NCBI GenBank assembly: GCA_973895155.1
Contig: OZ316892.1
Coordinates: forward strand, 28,110,307-28,174,306
DNA: 64,000 nt
From: Marsupella aquatica
Taxonomy: Eukaryota; Plantae; Marchantiophyta
Reading direction: 5' to 3'
This document shows positions 1-15,234 of this stretch, one piece after another. The notes beneath the pieces are model-generated. The model was given only the letters and a program-made list of their open reading frames with translations. It made no database searches and was not told the DNA's origin. The first letter of the stretch is position 1; each line of letters begins with the position of its first letter. The translations under genes and the position numbers were made by a program.

Positions 1-153
1 GACTGTGACCAGCGAGTGTTGCGCAACTTCTCTGTGTTGTTCCATCCAGTGTTATGCTGTTGTGTGTCTGATGGCGAGCTTACCATATGTCTTGTTGGAT
101 CTGCTCCAATACGAGTTAAGATACTAAGTGATGCGGTCGTTTCGTGTTCGCAG

Positions 154-3100
154 GTTCTTTTGAGATCCGAACTCATAAAGTCAAGTTCTGAAGAGCGTTC
201 ACTCCTGAAGAATTTGGGTAGTTGGTTGGGGAAGCTCACAATAGGCAGGAATCAAGCATTAAGGGCAAAAGAAATCGATCCAAAGTCCTTAATTATAGAG
301 GTTCGTATTGTATCTTATTGTTTACCATATTGTGGTTCTTTCATTGGGTTGGTTCAGGCATGAAAAGTAATGCATTAAACTCAAATCATATACTAAACTG
401 AGATTGTGGCATGTGCAGGCATATGAAAAAGGTCTGATGATTGCTGTGATACCTTTTACCTCGAAGGTGCGTGCTATTCAGATCATCATTTCGTAGTTTT
501 CTATTCTTGATGTTTTGTGGAGGTTTGTTGCTTGCTTGGAGACGCTGTAATCCATCTTACACCGAGTTTTTAAAAATTCTCGCTCTGCAGATTCTGGAGC
601 CATGCCAGTCAAGCCTGGCATATCAGCCACCCAACCCATGGACAATGGGAATTCTGGGTCTGCTTTCAGAAATTTATAGTCTTCCCAACCTGAAAATGAA
701 CTTGAAGTTTGACATTGAGGTAAATTGACTTTGGTGATTTTACTCGGCTGTGTGAACCAAACTCCGATATGATTGTTGGATTCGTTTGGCAATATCGTAT
801 TTCAAATCGCTGTTGTAGCTGTTCGGGTGGTTCGGCAGGTTGTGTGGGGGTGGGAGGTGAGGTCATCTCCACCAGTGGCACGGTCTAATCGCTCGCAACT
901 GGTATTTGCCGGGATTCGGTACAACGATCTATTGTAGCTGTAGGGGGACACAGATTTCCTGATGCACAAAGTTTTGGAGGTTGGATCCAGATGCAAATGT
1001 GTACGCTAATAATGTCCACGCTTTCCTTTCACAGGTCTTGTATAAGAATCTGGGCGTTGACATGAAGGATGTGAAACCAACCCAGCTCTTGAAAGGCAGG
1101 GTGCGTGATGTTGAGTCCAATCCAGACTTTTCTAACAAGGACTACGCTATCCAGCACCAACCTCAACCAGTTACTGTGTCTGAACCACAGAGTACTCTTT
1201 CAGCTGCTGCAGCTCCGGTGCCGCAGGTAACTCATAAGTTATATTTCCATCTGCTTTCCCTTGTTTCATCAAAAACTTTTTATGTTTCCTGCAAGTCATG
1301 GCAGGAGATCTGTAAATGCATTGTAAGAAGATCAGACTTGTTTCTGATGAGAAACAGAAGAACATTATTGGTTGCCGAGCTTGTGATTTTTAGAGCAATG
1401 TCACGTGTTTCTAATGTCGTTTTAGCTCACATAACCCATCGGGCGTGCAGCCGGCACCCTCTGGACATCTTTCGGGAACTTCTGTTCAACAAGACGAGGA
1501 CAGAGGAAGCTTGGCTTTATCTGGACGGCAAGGACTGTCTCCTACGACACCTTCACCATCTCCTTACTCTGTTGGCCAGGTATTAACTAGTGTAATTGAG
1601 TCATGTTGCGAGCTTAGTAATGAGGTCATTATATAGCTCCACCGTCATTTCAAGAGCTTGAGGAAACAGGGATGGTTTGAAAGTCTACTCTCCAGACCTG
1701 GATTTTGTTTTTGCAACTCTTTAATCATGAGGTGAGGGGATGGAAGAAGCGTATAGGAGATCGATCAGCAGTCTTGTGCTTTGGATAAGGCGCTTGGTGT
1801 CTGCATAAGTTTCAGACTGCATTCTAAACGACCTGTCATTGTTCTGTGCAGGTGTCAATGTCTATTCCAAACCTTGCAGACTATGTGGTCGTAAATCCCA
1901 AGTTGGCAGGATTGAGTCTGCAGGTTCAGCTTCAAAGGTATGCTGTGCCCGTTGTAAGGAGTGAAAGAAAATTTCATTGATCAGAGCGGGAGGAAAATGA
2001 ATTTCATTAAGGATAGCGTGAGTATCGGTTTTGTGATCTGACTGGTTGCCACTATTGCAGAGTTGTTCCCGTGGCCATGGAGCGGGCAATTCGCGAGATC
2101 ATCTCTCCTGTAGTTGACCGTAGTGTCACTATTGCCTGCATGACAACTCGAGAGCTTGTGCTGAAGGTAGACATCCTTGTAATTATGCCGTCAGTACTTT
2201 TCTATATCCTGATCTGGATTGTTTAGAATGTCATATCTCACTTTTGTCAACATTGTGACTCTAAAATTTAATTGGCTGGTGTCATAGGACTACGCAATGG
2301 AAGGTGATTCAGATCGAACACATCAGTCTGCCAATTTGATGGTCGCCAGTCTTTCAGGAAGTCTGGCGCATGTTACTTGCAAGGTACCTTATTTACACGC
2401 AGCAGTTGTAGATTTGGTCTTGATTTGCAACATGTAGCACTTCTGAAGAATTTGTTCTACTTTGGCGTGCACTGATTCTCTTGCGGTTTTGGGGCTAGTT
2501 CTATATTGACCTTCGATCTGTTAACTAACCCTCTTTACTAAGATCTACTAGTTTCTTTAGTAGACATCACAAATCATTTTTTCTGTTCAGTAAGGTCTCA
2601 TGGTATTTGTGGTGTTGTGAGGCAGGAACCGTTGCGTGTGGCGATGGCAAATCATTTAAGGAATCTCTTGCAAACTCTTAACGTCGGAGGAGATGTTCTG
2701 GAGCAAGCAGTCCAGCTTGTGACCAATGATAATCTTGACCTCGGCTGCGCTGTAATAGAGAAAGCTGCTACAGAGAAGGTATATTTACCGTTAGTTTCAG
2801 CCTTGGGTCTGATTTCGTAGAGACTGGCGTGTCTCTAGTAATATGCGTGGCTTAGATCGGGTATCTACATTTGCAAATTCCTGTTGACCAGCTGACTTAT
2901 ATATGGTGAGCAGGCGCTACGGGATCTGGAGGATGCGATTGGGCCAGCGTTGTCTGTTCGTAGAAATCAAATCAAATCAGGAGCGTCATTAATTGATGCA
3001 ACGACATACTGTGGGGGAAATCTGGGCCGCTTACCTGAGGCTCTTCGCCCCAAACCTGGCCGATTATCCCCGTCTCAGCAAAGAGTTTATGAAGTAAGCT

Positions 3101-6100
3101 GCCTCATCGCCGCTTTCTTGTGAAAGAGTGTTCGATAAATTTTTCTAGCGTGCTTTCGTGTTGTTTATGTTCTAATTTGATTCGGTGATCGTTAACGCTG
3201 TTTCGTTCTCACTGCTTCACTTGTCACAGGATTTTGCCCGGTTGCCATGGCAAAACCAGTCTAGCCAAGGCCCTGTTGTCCCAGTTGGACCAGCCACCCC
3301 GCCTGGAGCATCACTTGGTCCTGGTGCGAGCCGTGGAGCTTATTCCACCAACAGTGTGCAATTGCAAGGGACAGGATCCACCTTCAGTGGTACTACAGGT
3401 GCCAGTGGCAGTGCCAGTGGGTTGGGAGCTTTGACACAGCCAGATTTAACCTTAGATGAGGTGGAACATACCACTTCATCAATGAGGTTCTCTAACAGAA
3501 CCTCTATGCCCGTTGACTTGCATTTTTTGAGATAACCGAAGTCATCCGTTCTTGGTATTGACATATGATTGGGAACCCATATCTGTATGAATTAACCACG
3601 AGGGTTCGTGCAGCACTCCTTAATCATGGTTCTGGCAGGACTCCTTAATTATGTTGTAGTATTTATTCGAGAATCTCAACTTGCTATCATGCTGAAACTT
3701 AAAGTGCCATTTGTTTTGCACAGCTTCACTTCAGTTGGATCAGGGTTAGCACCTGACGGATTGCAGCGGCCAAACCAGGATGGATCGGTCGGGTTAGGGT
3801 CGTACCCAGGTGTTGGCTCGCCCTCTACGGATGGAGCTATTTTGGAAGCTGCAGCAAAGGTGAGAGACATTAGTTGTAGATGGGAAATTCAGTCGAAGGC
3901 ACAGGAGTAAATTTGGTAGCCAGTTAGAGTGTGGGATATATGTTGGAAATCCATTGAGACCTATGTCCTTGATGCAGGGAGCAAGCCTAGCCATAGCTGC
4001 ATCCTCTCCCGCTGTAGGAACAGAGCAATTAAGTACTCCTCCTGTTGAGCCCTCCGTGACAACTGGAGAGGCTATTGAGAAATATCAGCTAGTCGTGCAA
4101 AAGGTAATCAATATTTCTCAGAGTTTCTCTTCATATCCTGTTGTGGTTGGTCAGGCCTATGGTTTTGTTTCCGATTTTCGTGGTGATATCTGAATGCTAT
4201 TGTTTATTTTGAATTGAACAGAAGGGCAGTTCAAGGTGTTTGTGCCATCTAAAAGATCATAGTTGAGAAATTATGATTCTGGGTGGCTGGGCATTTTTGC
4301 TATTTGTATGAGTAGGCTGTGCCCGACCGATCCTTACTTGGATCAGTCGATAAGGTTTCATGGCGCTGGAAAGCAGTCACTCCAGTTCTAAACTTTTCAT
4401 CGGCTAACTTTGATGTTTCGTTGTACTGGGTTTATTATATTCAGTTTGATGCGGCTCTTTCAAAAGTTTCATATCCTTCGTACTCATCGCTGCCTCCTGA
4501 TCATGAGATTCGGGTGAGTGTTTATTCTTCTCAAGAATATGAGCCATCCCTCTCCCATTTGTTTTTTAGTCGTTGTATTTTTAATCTGCAAATATTTCCA
4601 TTATTGGGACAGTGCTCCGAATAGAGAAAATTGTTGAGACTCTGAATTAGGGAAGTCTTTTCTAATTTGGCATTGGGAAACAGTAGATCATGTGTAGTTT
4701 ATTGGTTGGATTGCAGAATCTAGTGATGGAGATTCCAGATCTAATTACACAGTGCATTAGCAGAGATGAGGCTGCCGTTGCTATAGCACAAAAGGTAGTG
4801 AACTACTTCCTTCATATCTTCAAACCTGTGGTTCGCGCTGTCGTGCTAAGGAATGAGATTAGTTGTATTGTCAATCAGGATTCTAATTCGCATTTTGTGG
4901 ATCATTTCCTCATACTCTAGCCTGAATACCCGTTTCGACGAAGAGCATGTATCACGATTACTTTTGATTGAAATAATGTTATCGCTTTTCTAATTTGGAA
5001 ATATATTTGTGACAGGTTTTCAAGCGCCTGTATGAGAATACTACTAATCATCTACATGTCTCAGCTCATTTAGCCATTCTCGAAGCTATTCGGGATGTCT
5101 GCAAACGTGTTGTTAAGGAGCTGACAAGCTGGGTAAGAAATGACCGCAGAGCATGTCCTAGAGAGATACAGAAGTTGCTTGGATCGTGCATAATATTGGT
5201 TTTGAGGGTTGTGCCACTCTTGTCTTCTTGTTTTAGAATCCTTACTTCTCCCATTCAGATAATTATCAAGTCAAGCATAAGAATTTGTATTATTGTAATC
5301 TCTTGTAGGTGAATGGTTAATCATATTGTGCATGATAAAGTTCGCTTTGAAGTGGCAGTCTCTAATAAACTTTCCTTTTTATGAATCATAGGTGATATAT
5401 TCTGATGAGGATCGGAAATTCAACCGTGAGATAACTGTGGGCCTGATTAGGTCGGACCTCATTTATCTCACAAACTACAACCTGCATTTGGCCAAGCTCA
5501 TGGATGGAGGTCGCAACAGTAAGTCTCCAAGCCCGAGACAGACTCTGACAAAAGCATGATTAAATTTCCTTCAAGTCTGCTTCTGAAGATCTGACTATAA
5601 TCGATCCTGATTGGTACAGATGCTGCCCTTGAATTCGCCATCTATTTAGTCAAGACTTGCGTTGTTGAGGGTGGTGTAAGCAACAATGAATTTCAGAATG
5701 TTATTGATGTTTTGGGCAAGGTAACGGACTAATTTCTGTCGTTGACACGGATTCAGATGTTTTCTGCATCATTCATAATACATTCCGCATGACTGCAGAC
5801 TTGAGAATATATTTAGGGATCTGACAGAACCGAGAAATGTTTTCAGAGGCTGGCTTAGGGTAGACGAAAAGACGAAGTAGTTGGCGCGATCATGCCTTCG
5901 GTGCACCTAGTTCTGTTTTGATGCTTGGTACTTGAACAAAAGTAGAGGGCTTGGGCGTAGCTTTGCTAAATATGGCTTCCCAATGATACCAGTTTTAGAT
6001 TTAATCAACTCTATTCTTGCTTTGCAATTGGTTGCAGTTGGCGTCAAGGCCAGGATCTCCAGAAGCATTACAGCAATTAGTTGAAGTTGCCAAGAATGCC

Positions 6101-9100
6101 TCAGCCAGCCTTGCAGCACAAAGCAGCTCTGCCACCAAAGAAGATAAAGGAAGATTATCCAAAGAGAAAAAGGTATTGCCAAAACCCAAAACAAGCCAGA
6201 TTGGGACATGAACGTGGCCGCTTTGATTGCACACTCTCATTTATCCTCTTGGAAGTTGTGTTTTGCTTGCTGTGGGTGAATTTTGCTACGTATCGAAAGT
6301 AAATTTCGGAAAACTTTCTCTGCCGTTCACCACTTGTTTTTCAATCTCTCATTCCTAAGTAATGTTTACCGTTTGGGCTTGCTGCTGTTTTGTAGATTCC
6401 TCCAAGTCGCATCGTTGGGGGCAGGGATGACCCAAAAACGGCAAGCCGTGACAGTGCTGCTACAGACCCTCCTCAACTTCGTGAACAGGTGCTTTTCCTG
6501 CAGATGGAATCGTGCTGTTCTACTGTTCTCCCGGTTGAAAGTCCGCTAACTTTTATTCAAATGATGATACCTTATTTTGTTTATCAGGTGTTCCCTTTGT
6601 GGCACTTCTAACATCTTTCTCATCTTGTAATCATTTTATCATTTCAGGTGGCGGTCTTGTTCGATGAGTGGGTACGCATTTGTGATGCTCCTGCGGCCAA
6701 TGACAAGGCCTATGCGGTCTACATAACTAATCTTCAGCGTTCAGGAATGTTAAATGGGGATGATGTTTCAGATCGGTTCTTCAGAATTCTTATGGAATTG
6801 GCTGTTGCGCATTGCTTGAATGCCGATGGCAACCCAGGTGCTTCAGGCCAGGTGGTTCAGCCTGGGCAGAGCCTTCCGTTTGCTGCCATTGACATGTATG
6901 CAAAGCTTGTCGTTCTCCTGGTGAAATATTACGCTGTCGACCCTGCCATGAGCAAAGTTGCTCTGCTCAACAAGGTCCTAAATGTCACGGTGAAAGTCAT
7001 CCAGAGGGATGCCGACGAGAAGAAGACTACATTCAATCCTAGACCTTACTTCCGTCTCTTTGTTACCTGGTTGATGGACTTCAATTCAGCAGATGGAGTC
7101 TTAGATTCCAGCAACTTTCAGGTCAGTTTTTTAAATCGTCTTTGTTATTGGTAAAGTATGGAAAAACAATGAAAAAGAAAACTCTAAGATTCCAAGTGAG
7201 ATTTTACAAAGTATAAATCCAGAAGCCGTAGTTGTTTTTGTTGGCGTTTTGATTATTTACGATCACTTAGTGCTGAAATTCTAGTTCGAAGAAATGTCAT
7301 TGAGCAGTCACTGACATGCATCGTTCTGTTGCTGTGTTGCCCGCAGGTGCTGACAGCCTTTGGAAATGCTCTTTTAACTCTACAACCTCTCCGAGTACCA
7401 GGTTGGAGGTGAGTGTATGAGCATAGAGGGCAGTCTTCGATATAAACCGATTCAAGAATGGACATATCAATAATGCGTCCTGCTTATTCCAATTCCTGTT
7501 TCCTCGATCACGAATATTTTCTTCATCTACTTTGATGAGAGTGTGAAGCAATTTCTCTTAGTCAAATTGTCGTTTCTTGGGACGCAGTTTTGCATGGCTC
7601 GAGCTTATAAGCCATCGAATCTTCATGCCTAAGCTACTGCTCAGCAATGCTCAGAAAGGCTGGCCTCTGTTTCAGAGGCTTCTTGTGGCCCTGTTCAAGT
7701 TCATGGAGCCCTATTTGAGGAATGCTGACCTGAGTGATCCTGTAAGTCCAGTTTTCAAAAAACTGGTTGTGCAAAGATGAACTCACTGTTGTAGTTTTCT
7801 AGCATATGTCGCTTTGGCGTTGGTGCACACCTTGTTAGCAAAGGGAAGATGTTATTGTTCTAATATTCAGTTGGTGGAACTTGGCAGGTACGTTTGCTTT
7901 ACAAGGGGACTTTAAGGGTGCTACTGGTTTTGTTGCATGATTTCCCTGAGTTTTTGTGCGATCATCATTTCAGCTTTTGTGATGTCATACCCCCAAGCTG
8001 CATACAGATGCGCAATCTCATCCTTAGTGCCTTCCCACGCAATATGAGACTACCAGATCCGTTTACTCCCAATTTAAAGGTAATTGTTCTTTGGAGGAAG
8101 GATGTTCCGCTATGTGTTTTCACTTTTCGTATTTGGGGAGCAAGAGATGTAGACGAGGCCACGTAAGCCAGCAACCACAAGATGCATAGGTAAAGAATCG
8201 ATGGAATTTACTCAACCAGAGAAACTGTTCGGAATATAGAGGGAACGATGTTTCTTAGTGAGCATCGATGTCCTGAACTGTCCCTGCTTCTAGACTGGCT
8301 GAACAGCAGTGTACATAATGATTGCAGGTTGATCTACTTCCAGAGATAAGTCAAGCACCCCGAATTCTTTCAGACGTTGAGGCAGCTTTGAAGAACAAAC
8401 AGCTCAAAGCGGAAATCGATGACTATTTAAAGGTGGGTTTGCTTACCTTGTCCGATTCCCGATACTGAAGTCAGCAAGGATTCCAAGCGCTTTCAATCAT
8501 CATCTGACATCATCATCAGAATCTATGCGGGTTCTGTTAAAGAAATGAATCAGATGAGGAATAAGTAATATTGCTGAATTCTAAGTTGGCTTCTATCCAG
8601 CACTATCGTCTGGCGACTTATGCATCACCAAATTTCATTTTGTTAGTGGAAGTTAATACTCTATGTATCTCAACTGTGTTCGGAATTTCGTGTGCTAGAC
8701 TCGGCAGCCTCTCTCTCTATTGTCGGTGGACCTGAAGCAAAGGTTAATGCTTTCTCAGCATGAGGCAGTACCTTGCGGGACTCGATACAACGTGCCACTT
8801 ATCAATGCACTAGTCCTGTATGTTGGGATGCAGGTACTTTCTCATTTCCTCCAAATCTAGTAGTCCCACATCAAATTCTACTCGTTTATAGAAATAGCAG
8901 CCTGCCAGATACCGTCTACGGGTGCAATTAGTTTTGGTGCCTTGTAATGTCTCTTTTTGCCCTGGACATGATATTGCGATATTGTCTGGTATCTTTGGTA
9001 GTTCTTCAAAGTTGACAAGCCATTCCATGTGAACCTGGCAGGCAATTCAGCAGCTCCAGAGTAAAACAACACCTCAACAATTGGCTGTACCAACAGCACC

Positions 9101-10097
9101 CATTACACATAGTGCCCCCATGGACATCTTCCAGATGCTGATAGTGGACCTTGACACTGAAGGGCGCTATTTGTTCCTTAATGCGGTTGCTAACCAACTC
9201 CGCTACCCCAACAATCACACTCACTACTTTTCATGTGTGTTATTGTACCTTTTTGCGGAGGCAAATCAGGTAGGCAACAGGCTACAAGTTTACCCTCCTT
9301 CTCTCACGACCATATCCTTGACAATGCCTTTCTCAAGAGATTAGTGGGAATTGAGTGTCACAGTATCATTCAGTCATGTTGAGGCGTTTTGTACAGGGTG
9401 TTCGGTGCGAGTTTGGAGGCTTTGCTCTTGAATAATCGTGAGATTTCGGAGGCTTTTAGGACCTGAGAACCACAAAATTGATGCCTTAACTGTGTGTTTT
9501 GTCCAAGAAATCAGGATGGGTGTTTATTAGCAGTGAGAGTTACTCATCCCATGAACCTCCTCTGATTGCAGGAGATCATTCAAGAACAAATAACAAGGGT
9601 GCTACTAGAACGACTCATTGTCAATCGACCTCATCCTTGGGGTCTGCTCATTACATTTATTGAGCTAATTAAGGTATTGACCATTCTGTCTCTGAGAATG
9701 TCTCATCTGTTTTTTTTTTGTGATGTTTAGTACTCCAAGGAGGTAGTGTGTGTCATTGATCTGCAGAAGTGGTCCAGAGTGACTTCATGATATTTTGCAT
9801 CAACCATAGTTGCCACACCTAAGGTTTCCTGGAACTTGTAAAAAGGTTCTTCTTGTCCCCTTAGTTTTCCGAAAAGGAAACGAAGAATATGGGACCTGAT
9901 CTAGATCCAGGACTTACGATACTGAGATTTATGTGCAGAATCCACGTTACAACTTTTGGAGCCACGGTTTCACACGATGTGCTCCGGAAATAGAGAAGCT
10001 GTTTGAGTCAGTAGCCCGTTCCTGTATGGGACCTCCATTGAAGCCTTCCGAGGATGACCTTTCTTCTGGCCTTGCTGCTGAGGGTATCAAGGTCTGA
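154..10097 (+). CDS. NOT1: CCR4-NOT transcription complex subunit 1, 5'-partial (gene begins upstream of the window), 29 exons traced
   Basis: Exons join at GT-AG junctions into NOT1 motifs: [100 protein letters not shown]; stop TGA 10095-10097. Confidence 0.97.
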
Positions 10098-12579
10098 GCA
10101 AGTGTAACAACAGCGTAAACATTGTACACATATCTCCCAGAGTTTTGCAAGATTCTTACTCTGGTCATGTTCAATGATGAGAATGTAAGAATGGGGTTTT
10201 GTCAGTCAAAATATTCACTGGCTTAAAACCCCCGAGTCATGTATAGTCAAGAATTGGATTTGGCAGTGGACGGTAGTCATTGAGATTAGGGTGGAATATC
10301 ACCTTTTGGCTAGTTCATAGCATGGGGGTGTAGTTCTGCACTTGTGACAATTACATGGGCCTTACATTCATTTTCCCATAAAGTCCAGCCATTTTTTCTC
10401 GGATTGGACGACCAATCCAGGAGGGCTGGCTTGGGTAGATATCCCTCCCCCTTTTTAAGGCCTAGGCATGAATTGCATTCAATTTTGGGGCATGCTCACA
10501 TTAGAGCATTGCGCTTAGATCAGCAGGTAGATGAAGCAAATACTTGTAGTTGGTGTTGCAAATTGTATAGGGCTCATACTTTGAGCTGTCTGTATTAAAC
10601 TTCATGTTTGTGGATAGTAGACATTCGTTGTCATTTAAAGACTTTTGTTGTGATTTTCAAGACCCTGTGCCCCGCATGAGGTTCTTGTTGCACAGCCCTC
10701 GATCTCGCTTCTGTTCAGTCAGGTGAAATACCAGACGCCCAGCTAGTTATAGGGTGGTGGTCGATCTATCAGGATGCAAAGGAGCAGACCCCTCATGCGC
10801 AGTGTCCGTTGCTGCAAATGTACCATTCTCGTTTGAGCATTTCCATTGGTGGCTAAAGAGATAACTGTGACTTGAGGGTCACTCAATGAATTCCCCCAAA
10901 GGATGCTCTTCAAAACAACCATGCCACCGTGAGTGCTCTACCATGACGGACCTCCTGAGAATTTGACCTACTTGCAACATTAATGGCAATCAACTTAAGT
11001 TTCCAATCCTGGTCTTCCCACTCTGTTGCTTCCCCCAACCAAAGTTCTAGATGCTCCTCGCAAAAGTCTTCCCGAGTTGTACAAATTCCAAGAAAACAAG
11101 ATTGACTTCAGACTCTCATCACTTGAAATCTTCGAGAAAAACATTCATCTAGTTGGCCAGTTTCAACAACATTCATCTAGTTGGCCAGTTTCAACGTCCT
11201 TCGCCGAGAGTAGTTGAACTATCTATTTACAGGTCAACGTTCTCCACTCTGATCCATGCACACCGTTGCTGCAACCTACAAACACCAGTCCAGGTCACCT
11301 TGAGGGCCCCCAAAAGGAGAGTGGAAGGCTTGGCTGACCTTCCACCCTGTACATCAAGTTGAGGATAACCCTGAAACAATCCTGGCTTCTCATTAGCTCC
11401 AAAAAGCGCGGACATTTGAGGGTTTTTCCCATCGGCCCATTTGAGGGCTGATGGAACACTGCTCTTAGCTGTGTGTTTTGTAAGTGGGCAAGTCAGTAAT
11501 TTGATGGGCAGGTCTTCCTAGCCATTGGCATAATCTTGAAGAATATGTACTCCAGGAATGAACCTGTCGTTACGACATGAAATGGGCTGGAACCTTATTA
11601 ACCTTTCAGTTGTTCGACACCTCTTCCTGCAAAGCAATAATGGGGTGAGGATATACTTGGCGGATGGAAGTGGGGATGTTCAAGGTTGCTTCTACATGTG
11701 GACCCTCCTGAAAACAATCAAATGCTGTGTTAGAATTCTGCTACCAACAGGACCCTAAATCCTATCTTTTGGGTTGCCATCTCTCCCCAGGTGCATCTCT
11801 CTCAAAAGGCTCTCCATTTGGGTCACCTACAAAGTTCCTTGCGGTGAGTGCTAAAGGTCTAATAATGAGACAAGTTTTGATCACAACCAAGCCTTGTCAT
11901 TGCATAAAGCCCAAAGAATCTAAATTGGCCGGGATGTGTGGCAAATGAACAAACAATTTCACCATGAACACTGAAAATAAATCATTTTTCGGAAACTCGA
12001 GTTATCTCACTTGTATCCAAAAGAGGGATCACAAGGCTATTTACAATTAGGAATCATTCTAAAACTCCATTTTTGTGGATCCCCATGGGAAGTTCCTTTC
12101 CAAATTTTTGCAATGCACGTCACATCAGCATGATTTCACAAACAAGAATTGATAGTTATGCAAGAAGAACCAAATTTGACTAGTCACGTTTGAGTTTAAG
12201 GCAAAGATAAAATGGGAGATAAAAAGTTAAAAAAGGGGTAAAATAGGGATGAAAGAAATTAATCTTTGGATGAGTTGTGATTGATGTATCAGTGTTTTTG
12301 GGTAACGTATTTCAATTTTCTATTTAATTTACACATTTTTGAAATAATGACAAGTAGAAAAAAACTCTTAAACTACTCTAACATTAACCAAGGTAACTTG
12401 TTACTATGGATAGAGAAGTAACAAACAAAGGCAAGAAACACCATAACTACTATGGGTAAAAGAATACCACGGGACTCCAAGACCTTTCAATTACTATGGA
12501 CAAAGTAATATTCTGTATGAACCATATGGAATGTTACCTCTATTGTACATAGACATAGGGGTACTAAGAAAAATGTTTT

Positions 12580-13200
12580 GCATGGAGAATTACACTCGGT
12601 ATTACCATGAATGTCCTTCATTGAAATTGTCTATCAAGTGATATGCCCATCCAAAAGCAGCTGGTCACTTTTCCTTCCGGGTGTATATGACCGATGAGTT
12701 TACCGAGTCATGGAAAGCAAGACAAACCCCATCTAGGCTTTATATTCTCACTCCAAGTCAGAACAACTACACTTTATAATTTAATACTGTAAAAATCATT
12801 AATGGTTCATTATAAGACAAAACTACTGCAACATGTTCCAAAATGAACATTTTCTCACAATAACCTTACCACGCCAGTGACCAAAAAGGACTCGTCACAA
12901 TAGCTGAACTTTACATTAAGAAAGTGGAAAAATACTAATAAGTACTTCCTCTCCTCACTCTAAGCTATCAAGACAATACAATGGGGCCCTGTTACAACAA
13001 GTGTACATGCCATCCAACAAAGTATTGCAGACAAGTATTGTAGAAAAATACATCCTGGCCCCCCTTTTTTGGGCCCCCATCACAACCACTTATCAAAGTT
13101 CAGCCACTAGGGGACTAGGAAAGTCATTCATGGATCAATAAAGACAAAACTTGAAAGCATGTTCCAGAATGAGCATAATGTATTCAAGTTATATACTTGA
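12580..13200 (+). mobile_element. Highly degenerate Ty3/gypsy integrase-like remnant
   Basis: Broken translation ...CSKMNIF...IAELYIKKVEKY resembles the gypsy integrase RFSKMAHF...VAELFIKEVVKLHG segment; many stops. Confidence 0.35.
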
Positions 13201-13236
13201 TTGGACCCTGGCAGAACCTTTCTAAGTGATGGGACC

Positions 13237-13415
13237 GAGGTATTTGTTTGATTGACCCCCAAAATGAAACTTGTTACTTGATCGACCCCCTGAGGTCTAT
13301 CAACGGTCCAGATCTGAGATCGAAAGGTCCATTAACAATCCAGATTGGGGAAAAGTATTGAGGGGGTTGAGTAAGCAAGCTTTTTCCAGAAGGGGGTCTA
13401 CTAAGCATATCTCTC
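13237..13415. mobile_element. Degenerate MITE (Mutator-like TIRs)
   Basis: Imperfect ~55-bp inverted termini (gaggtatttgtttgattgaccccc... / ...gggggtctactaagcatatctctc), no ORF. Confidence 0.4.
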
Positions 13416-15119
13416 AATGGGACCTTATAAACTTTTCTTACCAACTAGACCCCTCTTAATGAGACATACAACCTATTCTTGTGCTATGGAGCCTTAGTGT
13501 GTAGTCCACCACAAATGGCACCTCAGACAACACTTCGCTCCCAGTCCCATTCCACATTTAGTCCCTAATGTGGGGGCTCTGATGGTTGAGACACCTTTCA
13601 CCTTAGCTGCTTGCATTGGAAAGACTGAAATGTGGAGCAATGACATACTGAAAGTAGTTGACTTATGTTCATCATTCCTCAAGTCAGGTTTGGCTAGTTG
13701 AGACAACATGAATGTTGTTTTTGCTCAACTCTTGGATGGTTTGAAGCAGGGCCAAAGGTCCCACGGTAGACCTTAGGACAATTTGCTGTTAAACCATGAC
13801 AGACCCTTGGCAATTCAAATGGAATACAACTCCATGCATGCAGAGATTTGTCAAAGTAAAACCACTGAATACACATTACACACAAAGAGACCTCCATACA
13901 TGTGAAGATTGCAAATTTCCCAAATTCCTGAAATTTTCTGAATTCAAATACTGTGGAGTACAACAACATTGTAGACTTTAAAATTTGCAACTGCACTCAG
14001 TTACTCTTGTTGCTAGCCTCCTCCTACCCTCTGCCTAATAAGTGACATGTGATGCGGCAATTCCTAACTTGTACCTATTGTCACCAGCCTACGTCAAGTG
14101 TTCATTGTTGCAGAAAATTTCTTCACAGCCGCATTTAAATACTTGATGGCTAGACTCGTCTAACCTAACCAATTCAACATTCACCTTATGCCCATCAGCT
14201 CTATTGGGAGCCCTCCTTTGTGCACCCATTGCATTGAACTGATGTTGTAGCCATATCTCAGCTTCAGAGTGGGACCTGAAGGGCTATTGATTTGCTCCAC
14301 TAAAACCAGAAACCTGAGCCTCCATCTCCTCCCAACTGCGGTAAATCCCTTTGCAATTGCACATGCACATCTTCTCCTCCCTTCTAGTATGCACACACTG
14401 ACAGTTGCACACCAAATTTTGTCAAAAACATCATGATAACCCCACGCAGAAGCTTGCGTGAAAGTGAACCTAATGAAAATTTCAATACCGTAAAAATTCA
14501 AACTGGAAAACATTAACCATATTGATTTCAGTTAAGTTATATTGCAGTTTGGGCGGCATCAACCACTATCCCACGATTCTCCCCAACCATGTTGTTTGAC
14601 CGTCTAAGGTTCGGACGTGAACTTCACAGTAGTTGTTGTTGGTTACAAGAACTTCTGACCAAAAGTGTTGGGGGGTCCTATTTTGCAAACGATTTCATTT
14701 ACCAAAAATGTGCTCACAAAGAGCGTCAAAATGGAAGCACTTTAAACCCAGTGCCTCAATTACTTTGGTCCTGCTTGTATGTAAAGTAGACCACCCATGC
14801 ATGAGAACCCTTCATGCCTCTCGCAACGTTTATGGAACACTTGTCTGAACGAGAGAGGAGAAGACATTTATCGAAAAAGTGCTCAAAAAGAGCATGAAAC
14901 GGGTGCACTTAAATCCAGTACCTCAATTACTATGGTCCTGCTGGCATGTAAAGTAAGACGAACTTTTCCGAACCCCTTTAGCTCAGCTTTCGTAAGCTGG
15001 GAGCTGTAGGTCGTCATCCAGTAAGACAACTTTAGTAGGGTCCTCCTATTTGGTAAAAAAGATCATGGGTCCCATCAAGGATATACCTCTAATATATTCG
15101 TGTGATACCTTTTCCATGT

Positions 15120-15210
15120 TGGGGCGTTTCCCTTCTTTTACTCCCCTTCATTGGGTTGCTTTGCTTTTGGGATCATGTCTCCAGGTTTGGCTTTTTCTGC
15201 CCTGGGCACT
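15120..15210 (+). repeat. Dispersed repeat, copy A (inverted homologue at ~40900-40990)
   Basis: attgggttgctttgcttttgggatcatgtctccaggtttgg matches the reverse complement of ccaaaccgggagacatgatcccaaaggcaaaagaacccaat at ~40915-40955. Confidence 0.65.
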
Positions 15211-15234
15211 ATTATTTTCTTTTTAGTGTAAAAA

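Noticed and set aside
10673-10799. Hairpin (cgcatgagg/cctcatgcg) with an SRP-like tcagg...aagg.gcag motif downstream of NOT1
   Set aside because: Only 9 bp pair cleanly and the resemblance to SRP RNA or miR399 is too weak to support a call.
13494-14600. Minus-strand ORFs as a possible transposase or gene
   Set aside because: No recognisable motif; likely decayed TE sequence that I cannot classify.
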